Positions 48,084 to 58,212 of a stretch of DNA of 64,000 nucleotides are shown here, piece by piece. A model generated the notes under the pieces. It ran no database searches and was not told the DNA's origin. It saw only the letters and a program-made list of their open reading frames with translations. Origin of the DNA: Candidatus Poribacteria bacterium (GTDB lineage: Bacteria > Poribacteria > WGA-4E > WGA-3G); the NCBI GenBank assembly GCA_009841255.1, contig VXMD01000030.1, forward strand, positions 27,148 to 91,147, written 5' to 3'. The translations under genes and the position numbers were made by a program. Every line of letters starts with the position of its first letter. Within the stretch, counting starts at the first letter, position 1.

Positions 48084-49556
48084 TTACTTTAACACGTTTA
48101 CGTTGTTCTCCGGCTGGGTATAGTCCACATATTCCGTCGGATCGGTGCCGTTGAGATATTCCTCAATGTTGGTGTATCCGTCGTTGTCAGTGTCCTGTGA
48201 GGTATTGGAAGCGTCTTGCGAATCAAGCCCATACCGCTTTTCCCATTCGTCGGGCATACCGTCCGCATCACTATCAAGCGGCGCAGGCAGGCTTTTGAGC
48301 TGGGGCCAGCCACCAACGTCTGCCTGTGAGTCAATCATACCACATTTTTTGGATGCATCCAGCACGCGTCTCTTATTTTTGTATGTTACCCCTTCATAAG
48401 TGGCATAGCCGTTACGGGTTTCGTCAATAATGCGTGTATCAATTGAATCGCGTTTGGGCAACGCGGCACCGACACTCTCAAGAACAGTAGCATAGGCCTC
48501 TTCAGCGGTTTGCTGGTTGATAGGTATAGCGTCAAAAGGTTCGTCAAGTTTGAGTCCCGCAATATGTGAACTGCCACCCTGAGGTTGCACGCCACCGTCC
48601 CAGTTATTCGCAGTAACTGTAGGATTGCCATGAACAACGTTATCGGCAACATACCACTTGCCGAAACCGTCATCCAAATTACCCGATGATGGATTAATAA
48701 TGCGGTAAGCCCTTTCGCCGGGACGGGTCGCAGGTCCTGGCTTAAAATAATTGGCTACCATATTGACAACAGTAAAGTTAAACTTCTCACTGTCTTGGTG
48801 TTGTTTTTCGCCCCCATAGGCGCCGTTATAACCCCAGTTGTATATCACATTATTTCTGAAATCGTTATATCCGCAACCCGATGCAAAACGCGGATTACGG
48901 CTGCTGTGGTGCGCCAGCAGATTATGGTGGTACGTGCTACGGTCTGACCCCCATATTCCGCCAAACCCGTGCGTACCTTTGACATGGCCCGCATTGTATA
49001 GACTCTCCGATATCAGACACCATTGAATCGTCACATTTTCGCAGTAGTAGATAGATACCGTTTCATCAATACTCCAACTCGCCGATACATGGTCAAGGAT
49101 AATGTTCTTGTGATACCTGCCTGATATTGCATCTGCGTCATTATCCGTTTCATCTCCCAATCTCACCCTTATATATCTAATAATAACCTCGCTGGCATTA
49201 ATTGAGAGCTGATATTTTTTAATACAGATACCATCGCCTGGAGCCGTTTGTCCAGCGATGGTGATATAGGGATTAGAAATTGTCAATCGACTTTCAAGCG
49301 TGATCGTCCCCGAAACCGTGAACACAACAATCCGCGGTCCCGCAGTTTCGCAGGCTTCGCGCAAACTCCCCGGTCCGGAGTCGTTTAGATTCGTCACCAA
49401 GATTACCTTTCCACCCCTACCACCGAGTGTCATCGCGCCATAACCTTCAGCACCCGGAAATGCGGGAACAGACGGAGTCTCCGCTGCCAATCCGTTTGGG
49501 ACCAGCACGAGAATACCAGCACAGAGAAAAAGAATAAAGGAACGAAAGGAATCCAT
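48084..49556 (-). CDS. Secreted pectate lyase-like (right-handed beta-helix) enzyme with C-terminal Ca-binding TSP3/dockerin-like repeats
   Basis: Signal peptide, AFPGAEGYGAMTLGGRGGKVILVTNLNDSGPGSLREA, and C-terminal DSDADGMPDEWE..DTDNDGYTNIEEY. Confidence 0.75.
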   Translation of the reverse strand: MDSFRSFILFLCAGILVLVPNGLAAETPSVPAFPGAEGYGAMTLGGRGGKVILVTNLNDSGPGSLREACETAGPRIVVFTVSGTITLESRLTISNPYITIAGQTAPGDGICIKKYQLSINASEVIIRYIRVRLGDETDNDADAISGRYHKNIILDHVSASWSIDETVSIYYCENVTIQWCLISESLYNAGHVKGTHGFGGIWGSDRSTYHHNLLAHHSSRNPRFASGCGYNDFRNNVIYNWGYNGAYGGEKQHQDSEKFNFTVVNMVANYFKPGPATRPGERAYRIINPSSGNLDDGFGKWYVADNVVHGNPTVTANNWDGGVQPQGGSSHIAGLKLDEPFDAIPINQQTAEEAYATVLESVGAALPKRDSIDTRIIDETRNGYATYEGVTYKNKRRVLDASKKCGMIDSQADVGGWPQLKSLPAPLDSDADGMPDEWEKRYGLDSQDASNTSQDTDNDGYTNIEEYLNGTDPTEYVDYTQPENNVNVLK

Positions 49557-49604
49557 GATTTTTTGTTGAAACTTCTATAACATATTGATAAATTATCACG
49601 TTAA

Positions 49605-49626
49605 AATGTTACACCAGTGTAACATT
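49605..49626. promoter_or_regulatory. Perfect inverted repeat AATGTTACA-N4-TGTAACATT (candidate operator) upstream of the pectate lyase gene
   Basis: The 9-bp arms are perfect, and a third half-site TGTAACATT lies at 49725..49733. Confidence 0.45.
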
Positions 49627-49761
49627 TGGTAGGTAACGGCTATCTGCCGAAAACCCAGTGGCCGTAAGGGTTTATGGTCCCTTTTTCTTTTTTCACCGTT
49701 GGAAAAAAATAATTTAGCGGAAAGTGTAACATTTTGAGGACCTATTTATCCGTTGCGAGTG

Positions 49762-51234
49762 TTACGTCTGACTGAGGTTATCATCTGACGTATCGGTTTC
49801 TTGTTTGTAAGCATCTAACTTCCGGTGTAGCGTTCGGACCCCGATGTCAAGAATCTTCGCCGCCTCTGTTTTATTGCCGCCGACTTCTGTGAGTGTCTTT
49901 TGGATAGCCGCTCGTTCAATTTCTGCCATTGTCATGCCGACCCTGCCGATGACCTGCTCCTCATCAAGCACGGGTAGATACTCGCCCGACACCTGCGGAC
50001 CCCCGCGTTGTTCCACTGGTGCTGCGATCGGTACTTTTGAAGGTTGGCTTGCAAGCGGCGCCAAGATTCCGTTCTGTGTCCGATTCTCAAGTACCTTAGC
50101 TATCGTTGAAAGCACTTCCAACGCCTTTTTGAGGACATCCGCTGCATCGTCCGTTTGGCTAATTTGCATCCAGCTGGTATCTTCATCTGGAATCAGAAAC
50201 GGCATCTCATCGCTAGCGGTAGCGGTTGGCTCAAGCAAACGAATTGCAGAGAGGATAAGCCCTAAGATTGTCTTGTAAATCGCTATGTTTTCTGCTGCGA
50301 TTACACCACCAGCGGTATCAACAACCTGTAAGGAACTTCCGGGCACATTGAGAAGTTCAGTGTCTTCAGTGGAGGGATCAATCACCTGTGTAGGCGTAGG
50401 CGCGAGTTCCGCTCGCGACGCTTTCACAGGTAGTAGGGTAACCTGCTCAGATTCCGAATCCAACGGGAAATCTTTAAGTTGCAGTTCTTCGGTGGTGGAT
50501 AGAATAACAGCGGTTTCTACGGCGTTCCGCAGTTCACGAACGTTCCCGAACCAGTCAGCATTCTGGAGATAATTGAGTGCCTCTTGGGTGATACCGGTAA
50601 CCGGTTTACCGTGTTCTGCGCTTAACTGGGAGATGAACGCAGAGACAAAAAGCGGTATATCTTCGCGCCGATCGCGCAGTGGCGGAATATGGATACGAAA
50701 GAGGTTCAATCGGTAGTAAAGATCTTGCCTAAATTTCTTTTGCCTCACCGACCTCACAAGGTCAATATTTGTGGCAGCGATAATTCGGACATCGACTTTA
50801 ATATTCTTTTCGCCACCGAGCCGTGTGAATTCCTGTGTCTCGAGGACCCGCAGAAATTTCACCTGCACTTCAGGCGACATTTCGCCTACCTCATCTAAGA
50901 ACAGTGTGCCGCCGTCCGCTTGCTCAAACACACCCCGTCGTTGACTCGTTGCCCCCGTAAAAGCGCCCCTCTCGTGCCCAAACAGTTCACTTTGAAGGAG
51001 ATCTTGGTAGAACGCGCCGCAGTTAACGGCTTTGAAGGGTCGGTTTTTACGCGGGCTACTTTCGTGGATCGCTTGTGCGATGACATCCTTGCCAACACCC
51101 GTTTCACCTGTGATTAGGACAGTCGCTTTCGTCGGCGAGACCTGCGCGACTTGGCGCAAAACCGCCTGCATCGGTGCGGATTCGCCAATAATGCGGCGCG
51201 AACTGTTATTGATAACGGGCATTGGAAGACTCAT
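49762..51234 (-). CDS. Sigma54-dependent transcriptional activator lacking an N-terminal sensory domain, with a long AAA-to-HTH linker
   Basis: Walker A GETGVGKD, GAFTGA, a C-terminal Fis-type HTH (NKTEAAKILDIGVRTLHRKL), and about 190 aa of low-complexity insert between them. ATG 51234 has AAGAGG upstream; the tracked start is 51339. Confidence 0.8.
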   Translation of the reverse strand: MSLPMPVINNSSRRIIGESAPMQAVLRQVAQVSPTKATVLITGETGVGKDVIAQAIHESSPRKNRPFKAVNCGAFYQDLLQSELFGHERGAFTGATSQRRGVFEQADGGTLFLDEVGEMSPEVQVKFLRVLETQEFTRLGGEKNIKVDVRIIAATNIDLVRSVRQKKFRQDLYYRLNLFRIHIPPLRDRREDIPLFVSAFISQLSAEHGKPVTGITQEALNYLQNADWFGNVRELRNAVETAVILSTTEELQLKDFPLDSESEQVTLLPVKASRAELAPTPTQVIDPSTEDTELLNVPGSSLQVVDTAGGVIAAENIAIYKTILGLILSAIRLLEPTATASDEMPFLIPDEDTSWMQISQTDDAADVLKKALEVLSTIAKVLENRTQNGILAPLASQPSKVPIAAPVEQRGGPQVSGEYLPVLDEEQVIGRVGMTMAEIERAAIQKTLTEVGGNKTEAAKILDIGVRTLHRKLDAYKQETDTSDDNLSQT

Positions 51235-51253
51235 CCTCTTTTGTCCTTCTTTT

Positions 51254-51994
51254 CTACCTATGTATGATTTCCAGTAGCCGCTGGGGGTCTTGTTTGACTT
51301 GCTCAAACACACCGAAGCCATCATGACAGGCGGCTTCACATAGTCGTCTCAGGACTACCCCTTTTAATGCCCAATTTGTGGTGCGCAAGCTTTTCTGTAA
51401 AGTCCTTCCAGTTTCAACAACATGGAGGTTTGGCAACTCTTCGTTCACGGCGTGTTTGTGACTCGGTGCAAGCAAGAAAATCAGCGTTGTTGCTCGTTCC
51501 ACCTCAAAAACGCGCTGCAAGGATAGAATATCGTCGGGCCTCAATAGCGAAAATACGAGGTCGTAACACTCGATTAAATCTGCCGTCCGTTCAGGGATGC
51601 CACTTTTTCCAAATTCTAAAACCTCAAGCTCATGAAGTGGGGCAGTGTCAAACGGCACGATAATGTCTTCTTCGTTAACTGGACTCTTTTTTCCGTCAAC
51701 GCGGCAGAAATACCACGGAAAATACAGGTCGAGTGTTGTCTCACCATACTGCGCATGTTCCCGAATCTGTTTCAGACCTGCTCGTAGTTGGGTATTCAAA
51801 GGTCCCGTGAACATCTCTCCAGCGGGTGCGCTGTAGTCTTTACTTTCATTATACCGCCCCTCATCGTTGTAACCACAGAGTTCTTTTATGCGCTGCGCAA
51901 GATGCTCAGGTGAATCGCCATCTTCACCTCGAAGGAGATTATCGGGTTTATATTTTTGTCCCGTTGTGTAAGGACTCAAGACCAATATCTTCAT
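51254..51994 (-). CDS. Hypothetical protein
   Basis: A 246-aa ORF tightly packed between secF (17-nt gap) and the sigma54 activator (19-nt gap). No family was recognised with confidence. Confidence 0.5.
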   Translation of the reverse strand: MKILVLSPYTTGQKYKPDNLLRGEDGDSPEHLAQRIKELCGYNDEGRYNESKDYSAPAGEMFTGPLNTQLRAGLKQIREHAQYGETTLDLYFPWYFCRVDGKKSPVNEEDIIVPFDTAPLHELEVLEFGKSGIPERTADLIECYDLVFSLLRPDDILSLQRVFEVERATTLIFLLAPSHKHAVNEELPNLHVVETGRTLQKSLRTTNWALKGVVLRRLCEAACHDGFGVFEQVKQDPQRLLEIIHR

Positions 51995-52010
51995 GTGTGA
52001 ATAGTTTTCA

Positions 52011-52931
52011 TTAAGCTTCTTGCGGTCGTCCGCGATTCCAGAGATATAGGATCGGACTCGCGATGAATACTGAAGAGTAGGTGCCTACCAATATACCGAC
52101 GATGAGCGCTAAGGCGAATGTGTTAATTTCTTCGCCCGAACCGGTGATGACAAAAATAACCAAAACAACAAACAGCGTTGTCAAAGACGTAATAACGGTT
52201 CGACTCAGGGACTGATTGATGCTTCTGTTCAAAACGGTAACGTAGTCAGTGCCACGCAAGGATTGCGTATTTTCCCGAATTCGGTCGAATACGACGATCG
52301 TATCGTTGAGTGAATAGCCGATAATCGTGAGGAACGCGGCAACAGTTGGTAGATTAATCTCCTTTGATAAAACGGCAAAGAGCCCCAAGGTAATAAGGAC
52401 ATCGTGTACCAGCGCGGCGATTGCGCCGATGGCGAAACGGAACTCAAATCGCCAAGAGATATACATGAGCAAGATCGCGATCGCGCCAAGCACGGACCAG
52501 AGTGCCGCTAATTTAAGGTCGCGACCGACACTGGGTCCGACTTCAGAGATATTGACACCGCCAGCGAGTGCATGCCAACCACTGCCGCCTTCAAGTAAGG
52601 CATCTGTGAGAATTCTTCCGACACTTGTGCCCTGTTGCTGAAATTCAGGACGATGCCCCATAGAGACGAATGCTTCATTTTTGCTAGCATCTATCTGGAT
52701 TTTGGCGCGTTCATAACCGACTTCAGTGAGTTTCGTTTGCAATTCGGCTTCAGTGACCGCCCTGTTGAATTTGGCTTGGATCTTAACGCCGCCGCGGAAA
52801 TCAATTCCGAAATTGGGTCCTTGATGAATCCCAAGGAAAACCAAACCGATAACGATGATTACGGCTGAAAAAACAAAACCGGACCGGTGTTTGCTGATAA
52901 AATCGAAGTTTGTATTTTTTAGAAATTCCAT
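52011..52931 (-). CDS. secF: Protein translocase subunit SecF
   Basis: The FDFISKHRSGFVFSAVIIVIG N-terminus, six TM segments, and GIDFRGG. Confidence 0.9.
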   Translation of the reverse strand: MEFLKNTNFDFISKHRSGFVFSAVIIVIGLVFLGIHQGPNFGIDFRGGVKIQAKFNRAVTEAELQTKLTEVGYERAKIQIDASKNEAFVSMGHRPEFQQQGTSVGRILTDALLEGGSGWHALAGGVNISEVGPSVGRDLKLAALWSVLGAIAILLMYISWRFEFRFAIGAIAALVHDVLITLGLFAVLSKEINLPTVAAFLTIIGYSLNDTIVVFDRIRENTQSLRGTDYVTVLNRSINQSLSRTVITSLTTLFVVLVIFVITGSGEEINTFALALIVGILVGTYSSVFIASPILYLWNRGRPQEA

Positions 52932-53085
52932 ATTTTTAACATTCCTTGCGGATTTTTAATGATTCCTTGCGGTTCGGTCAGGTGGTTTAGATAAATAGCA
53001 TTCCTTTGCGTATACCTAAGGGGAAACGCCCAAGCAAAAACCCCTCCGCTACGCTTACGGGCTACGGACTCTGAGATTATCTTAA
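52932..53085 (-). repeat. Leader repeat with duplicated proximal core
   Basis: The plus strand reads atttttaacattccttgcgg + atttttaatgattccttgcggttcggtcaggtgg ... gaaacgcccaagcaaaaac (also at 6670) ... ccgctacgcttacgggctac ... attatcttaag. Confidence 0.85.
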
Positions 53086-53159
53086 GAGGTAAGGCACGTT
53101 AGACGAAAACCTCTTAACTCTCACTGCGAGGCAAACTGAAAACTGATAACTGACAACTC

Positions 53160-55106
53160 TTAAATGCTGAGTTTCTGCACGTCTCTATTTCCAATCGTCA
53201 AGCCGTATATCTCACGTGTGACGATAATCGCCGTGAACATACTCGCGAGAATACCGATACCGAGCGTCACCGCAAATCCTTTAATCGGACCTGTACCGAA
53301 ATGATAGAGGACGAGTGCGGTAAAAAACGTCGTCAGATTGGCATCTAAAATCGTTATAAATGCGCGTTGATAGCCGCTCGTGATCGCCGACCAGACGGTT
53401 TTGCCGGTTCTCAACTCTTCGCGAATTCGCTCGAAGATTAGCACATTCGCGTCAACAGACATACCGATCGTCAGGACAAGCCCAGCAATACCGGGCAGTG
53501 TCAATGCCGCTCCGAAGCCTGCCAATGCCCCTAAGATAATGAGCATATTAAAGACCAACGCAGTAATAGCAACAATTCCAGAGAGACGGTAGTAAATCAC
53601 CATGAAAATGAGGACCCCACCTAAACCGATGAGTGCCGCGAGAACGCCATCGTTGATGGATTCCTGTCCAAGCGTGGGACCGACGGTCCGTTCTTCGGCA
53701 ATCTGAACACCCACTGGAAACGCTCCCGCTTTTAGGATGTTGGAAAGGTAACTCGCCTCTTCATAGGTGAAATTTCCTTGAATGATGGCGTTTCCGACAA
53801 TCTGGTCTTGGATAACGGGTGCGGATTGCACTTTGCCGTCAAGGAGAATTGCTAAGTGTTCACCAACATGGTCCCCTGTGACCTGCGCGAATTTCCGTCT
53901 GCCAATACTATCAAAACTCATCGAAACGACGATGTCAAAACTGGTTCTACCGGTAGAGGGTCCAGCATCGTTGATACGGTCACCGCTCAGAAGAACGGGA
54001 CTTTCGAGCACGTACCAATTGCCGGTTTCGTAGTGATAGCGGACTTCACTATCATCTGGAATATTATCCGGTATCGGTGTATCGGAAGTTCCACTCCACA
54101 AACTTCCACCCGTCGGTGATTTTTTAACGAGTTTAAACTCGAGTCTGCCCATGGTCTTCACGATTTGCAGAGGCTTTGAGGAGTCTTTGGCACCTGGGAG
54201 TTCAACGATGATTCTGGGATGATTCGCTTCTCGTCGGATAGAGGGTTCTGAAACCCCGAATGCATCCACACGATTCCGCAAAACAATCAGCACCTGCTCA
54301 ATCGCCTGCTCGCTATACCTCTGAATGCCACCTTCGCTGAGTGTTAGTTGATAAGTAGACTGTGTTTCTGTTTCGGCACTCACCTGTGCATCCTCAAAAA
54401 ATTCGATTTCGTTGAGGAGCTGTTGGGCTTTCTCGAGATATTTTGTCTTTTCATTCGCATCTGACCGGAGTCTGGAAGGGATTCCGACGAATACGTTGAG
54501 CGTGTTTTGTCCATCTACCTGTTTAACTTCCCGGCATAAAACATCGTCAGTGCGCAGCCGTTCGGGAATCGAGCGGGTATGTTCACGGAGCAGTTCTGTT
54601 TTGGAGGCTTCCAAATCCACCTCAAGGACGAGGTGAACACCGCCTTTAAGGTCCAACCCTAACTTCAATCGACTATCGGGTATGAGTCGCCGCAGGACGG
54701 TTGGGAGGCTTCCATATAGATGCAAATTGTCAAGTGTTGCGCGTGGGTTTTGACGTGCCTTCTCCGAGATGAGCCGAACATAAAATTCGCGTGCCTCAGT
54801 GGTATCGAATTCATAATCACGTGTTTCCTCAAGTTCGAGTTTCCTTAAGTGGACTCGAAAGATATCCTGAAGCTCAAAGGTTGCGTCCTGGAAGTTAATT
54901 CCTTCGGGGTACTCGACCTCTGCGAGATTCACTTTCAAAGCGTTATCTTCAGTGACTTCAAAGAGTGGGAGTTTCTCCTGCATCCAGAGTGGTAGGTTTC
55001 CGTACAAGGGATTGTAGAAGTTATCCGGGGTGGGAATGAGGTAGAGTACGGAAAACAGAAAGACCCCGAGGATTAAAACTATTTTCCAGATACTGAATCT
55101 GTACAT
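53160..55106 (-). CDS. secD: Protein translocase subunit SecD (long periplasmic domain)
   Basis: N-terminal TM, LGLDLKGG, and the C-terminal six-TM SecD/F core. Confidence 0.9.
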   Translation of the reverse strand: MYRFSIWKIVLILGVFLFSVLYLIPTPDNFYNPLYGNLPLWMQEKLPLFEVTEDNALKVNLAEVEYPEGINFQDATFELQDIFRVHLRKLELEETRDYEFDTTEAREFYVRLISEKARQNPRATLDNLHLYGSLPTVLRRLIPDSRLKLGLDLKGGVHLVLEVDLEASKTELLREHTRSIPERLRTDDVLCREVKQVDGQNTLNVFVGIPSRLRSDANEKTKYLEKAQQLLNEIEFFEDAQVSAETETQSTYQLTLSEGGIQRYSEQAIEQVLIVLRNRVDAFGVSEPSIRREANHPRIIVELPGAKDSSKPLQIVKTMGRLEFKLVKKSPTGGSLWSGTSDTPIPDNIPDDSEVRYHYETGNWYVLESPVLLSGDRINDAGPSTGRTSFDIVVSMSFDSIGRRKFAQVTGDHVGEHLAILLDGKVQSAPVIQDQIVGNAIIQGNFTYEEASYLSNILKAGAFPVGVQIAEERTVGPTLGQESINDGVLAALIGLGGVLIFMVIYYRLSGIVAITALVFNMLIILGALAGFGAALTLPGIAGLVLTIGMSVDANVLIFERIREELRTGKTVWSAITSGYQRAFITILDANLTTFFTALVLYHFGTGPIKGFAVTLGIGILASMFTAIIVTREIYGLTIGNRDVQKLSI

Positions 55107-55210
55107 TTTTTAATTATTCCTTGCGGTTCGTTGAGGTAGATTGGAAATTTTGACGTTATTTCCCGTAGATCCGCCCTCCAAAGGAGAACCTAATTTCATT
55201 ACGGGCTACG
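55107..55210 (-). repeat. Leader repeat
   Basis: The plus strand reads tttttaattattccttgcggttcgttgaggtagattgg ... atccgccctccaaaggagaacctaatttcattacgggctac. Confidence 0.85.
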
Positions 55211-55341
55211 ATTTCGTTAAACCTGTATATGAGGCGAGAAAACCTCGCTCTTACGCAGATGACGCGACAAGACGTTACGCCTTAATCAGAAACCTACGTG
55301 TAATAGCATAGAGGGCAGTCGAGGGTTCCATCGTTAAAAAA

Positions 55342-55414
55342 CGCGCCTGGGAGGAATCGAACCCCCGACACGAGGCTTAGGAAGCCCCTGCTCTATCCCC
55401 TGAGCTACAGGCGC
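55342..55414 (-). tRNA. tRNA-Arg (anticodon CCU)
   Basis: A hand-folded 73-nt cloverleaf: acceptor GCGCCUG/CAGGCGC, D arm GCUC-AGGGGAUA-GAGC, anticodon arm GGGGC-UUCCUAA-GCCUC, variable GUGUC, T arm GGGGG-UUCGAUU-CCUCC. CCA is not encoded. Confidence 0.93.
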
Positions 55415-55426
55415 ACGCGTTACAGC

Positions 55427-55942
55427 CTAATATTTAATGAGCGAAAAAATATCGTAGTCCGGAATCTGCTCTCTACCGTCGAGTTCGGTCAACTCAATTA
55501 AAATGGCGATACCAACGATGTGTCCTTCCAATTTTTCAATGAGTTCAACAGAGGCAGCAAGTGTCCCACCTGTTGCTAAAAGATCGTCACAGATAAGGAC
55601 TCTGCTGTGCTTGGGGAACGCATCTTGATGAATTGCCATTGTATCACTACCGTATTCCAGATCGTATTTCGCCTCATACGTATGATAAGGCAGCTTGCTT
55701 TTCTTTCGAATTGGGACAAAAGCGGCACCCAACCGATACGCGAGCGCAGCACCGAAAATAAAACCGCGTGCTTCGGTTGCGGCAACAACATCAACCGCCT
55801 CCAATTTATACCGGAGTGCGAATTCATCAATTGCCCTATGAAAAGCAGTTGGATTTCCTAAAAGCGGGGTAATATCTTTAAATATAATACCCGCTTTCGG
55901 AAAATCGGGTATGTTTCGAATGAACCGTGAAAAATCGTGCAT
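55427..55942 (-). CDS. apt: Adenine phosphoribosyltransferase
   Basis: IPDFPKAGIIFKDITPLL and the PRPP loop VLICDDLLATGGT. Confidence 0.9.
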   Translation of the reverse strand: MHDFSRFIRNIPDFPKAGIIFKDITPLLGNPTAFHRAIDEFALRYKLEAVDVVAATEARGFIFGAALAYRLGAAFVPIRKKSKLPYHTYEAKYDLEYGSDTMAIHQDAFPKHSRVLICDDLLATGGTLAASVELIEKLEGHIVGIAILIELTELDGREQIPDYDIFSLIKY

Positions 55943-57000
55943 TACGTCCGTTTCTCCTCCTGATGCGGGTGTATCATAATTTTCATCCCTTGTCGGGATT
56001 CCATTGCCTCAAACGCTTTGTCAATTTCAATAAGTGGAAAATGGTGGGTGATGAGCGGTTTCACACGGACTAACCCTTTTTCAAGGAGTCGGACCGCCAA
56101 CTCATGGTGTCGTGGCACACAGCCGTGTGAACCTGTCACAAAACACTCTTTATAGTGGATAACATTAGAAAGGACGCTCATCGGACGCATAGTCTTCGGC
56201 AACCCACCAAACAGATTGACGTATCCGCGGTGCGCTACCATTTCAACGGCTTGTTCGTGTGCCTCAACGGAAGCACACGTGGTAACGACGATATCAGGTC
56301 CCTCGCCTCCCGTTTCTTCCTTGCATCTCTCGATTACGTCTTCTTCTTCAGAAGCGATATAAGCATCCGCTTCATAGAATTTTGCGATTTCCATTCGGAG
56401 TTTGCTGCGTTGGATACCAATCACCTTCGTCGCCCCCATAATCCGAGCGAGGTCAATCATCATACATCCGATCGGTCCAAGCCCGATGATAACGACCGTC
56501 TTCCCAAGAGACATGTTAACGAGTTCAAGCCCGTTGATAGCACAAGCGAGCGGTTCCGCGAGTGCGGCTTCATCAAAACTGAGGGTTGTATCGAAGGGTG
56601 TAACCGGTCCCTCCTCCAAAACGAGACGCGGAAGTTTCATATACTGTGCGAAAGCACCGGGGATTTGGTAACCGATGGCGTAATTGATGTCGCAGTTGTT
56701 TCCGAGACCATCTCGGCACCAATGACATTGCCCACAGGGGACATCCGCACCGATTGAAACGCGATCGCCTTCCTTGACGCGCGTCACATTCTTGCCGGTT
56801 TTAACAATGACGCCGGAATTCTCATGTCCAATGATGGTGGGGGGTTCGACTCTTGGGTTTCCGTGATGGAGGATACGAACATCAGAGCCACATATACTGA
56901 CGGCTTCAACGCGCATCAAAGCGGCATCATCGTCAATTTCGGGTTCAGGAACCTCTTGCACACTCAAATTATCAAGACTTTCAAGTATAGCCGCTTTCAT
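55942..57000 (-). CDS. Zn-dependent medium-chain alcohol/polyol dehydrogenase
   Basis: CGSD..GHENSG zinc motif and Rossmann GLGPIGC. The stop overlaps the apt ATG (TAATG). Confidence 0.8.
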   Translation of the reverse strand: MKAAILESLDNLSVQEVPEPEIDDDAALMRVEAVSICGSDVRILHHGNPRVEPPTIIGHENSGVIVKTGKNVTRVKEGDRVSIGADVPCGQCHWCRDGLGNNCDINYAIGYQIPGAFAQYMKLPRLVLEEGPVTPFDTTLSFDEAALAEPLACAINGLELVNMSLGKTVVIIGLGPIGCMMIDLARIMGATKVIGIQRSKLRMEIAKFYEADAYIASEEEDVIERCKEETGGEGPDIVVTTCASVEAHEQAVEMVAHRGYVNLFGGLPKTMRPMSVLSNVIHYKECFVTGSHGCVPRHHELAVRLLEKGLVRVKPLITHHFPLIEIDKAFEAMESRQGMKIMIHPHQEEKRT

Positions 57001-57135
57001 TTTTTAATGATTCCTTGCGGATAAGTAACGTGGGTTAAGGTTTTGACGTTCTTCGTGTTCGAGCCGCCTGCGTGTTTTTGCGAACGCTGAAATCCAATGC
57101 GAAGAAAGTATTTCTGCGTATTGTTGCAGGCTATA
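57001..57135 (-). repeat. Leader repeat
   Basis: The plus strand reads tttttaatgattccttgcgg directly after the start codon. 57061..57135 is the reverse complement of 6635..6730. Confidence 0.85.
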
Positions 57136-57159
57136 TCACCTTCTAAATTGTATAGATTC

Positions 57160-58212
57160 TCATGCTGACGGGTGAATTAAGACCTTTGCGTAAAATTCGG
57201 TTTTGTCTCGCATCCTATGTAACATGTCAGCACTCTCAATTAACGGAACTTTATGCGTTATGAGGGGCGTGAGCGTTAGCATACCAGAAGCAATCGCTTG
57301 GAGCACAGTGCGCCAGTCATCGTCGTTGCCTGCGGCACTGTAATCGGAATTCCACGTCCCCAAAACAGACACCTCACGGCGCATCAATTGCGAGATCAGA
57401 AATGCCGGTAGCGTCACATCTGCATCGGGATTACCGAGTAAAACGACACTCCCTTGGCGTCCAACACTCTCGAGTGCGCTCCGATAGGTAGCAGGAACCC
57501 CTGCCGCCTCGATACAAACATGCACACCTTTATCACCTGTCAGGGCATTCACGACTTCAATTGGCTCTTCAGTCGCACTATTGAAGACTTTGTCGAAACC
57601 GAGTCGTTTCGCCAGCTTTAGTTTCTCCGCGACAATATCAAAAAGCAGGACCTCTGCTGCCCCCATTATTCGCGCCCATTGCGCTACCATCAACCCGATC
57701 GGTCCCGCACCGAAGATAGCGACTACCTTTCCGACGAGTGAGGTTTGAACACGACGGAGTGCGTGCAATGCTACTGCGGCAGGTTCTGTCATTGCTGCTT
57801 CTTCGAGCGTCACGCCCTGCGGCACAGGTATCAAATTCGCTTTCGGTGCGACGATAAATTCAGCGAAGGCACCATCACTTCGTGAACCGAGATAGTCGTA
57901 ATCATGGCATTGGACATATTTTCCGTGTTCACATGCCGGACACATGCCACACCAGAGTAATGGAAAGACGACGACAGGATCTCCTGGCGCAAAATCTTCA
58001 ACCCCAGGACCGCACGCCTCAACAACACCAGCGAATTCGTGTCCACAAACCGTTGGAAAACTATACGTGCCTTTGACAAAGATTCTCGGAATATCGGAAC
58101 CACAGACTCCACAGAACCCAATTCGGACACACACTTCCCCTTTAGCGAGCGGCGGCACTGGGATTTGTTCTAATCGTAAATCTCCAATTCCATGAAGAAC
58201 AAGTGCTTCCAT
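57160..58212 (-). CDS. Zn-dependent medium-chain alcohol/polyol dehydrogenase (second)
   Basis: CGVCGSD, CGHEFAGVV, GAGPIGL. Confidence 0.8.
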   Translation of the reverse strand: MEALVLHGIGDLRLEQIPVPPLAKGEVCVRIGFCGVCGSDIPRIFVKGTYSFPTVCGHEFAGVVEACGPGVEDFAPGDPVVVFPLLWCGMCPACEHGKYVQCHDYDYLGSRSDGAFAEFIVAPKANLIPVPQGVTLEEAAMTEPAAVALHALRRVQTSLVGKVVAIFGAGPIGLMVAQWARIMGAAEVLLFDIVAEKLKLAKRLGFDKVFNSATEEPIEVVNALTGDKGVHVCIEAAGVPATYRSALESVGRQGSVVLLGNPDADVTLPAFLISQLMRREVSVLGTWNSDYSAAGNDDDWRTVLQAIASGMLTLTPLITHKVPLIESADMLHRMRDKTEFYAKVLIHPSA

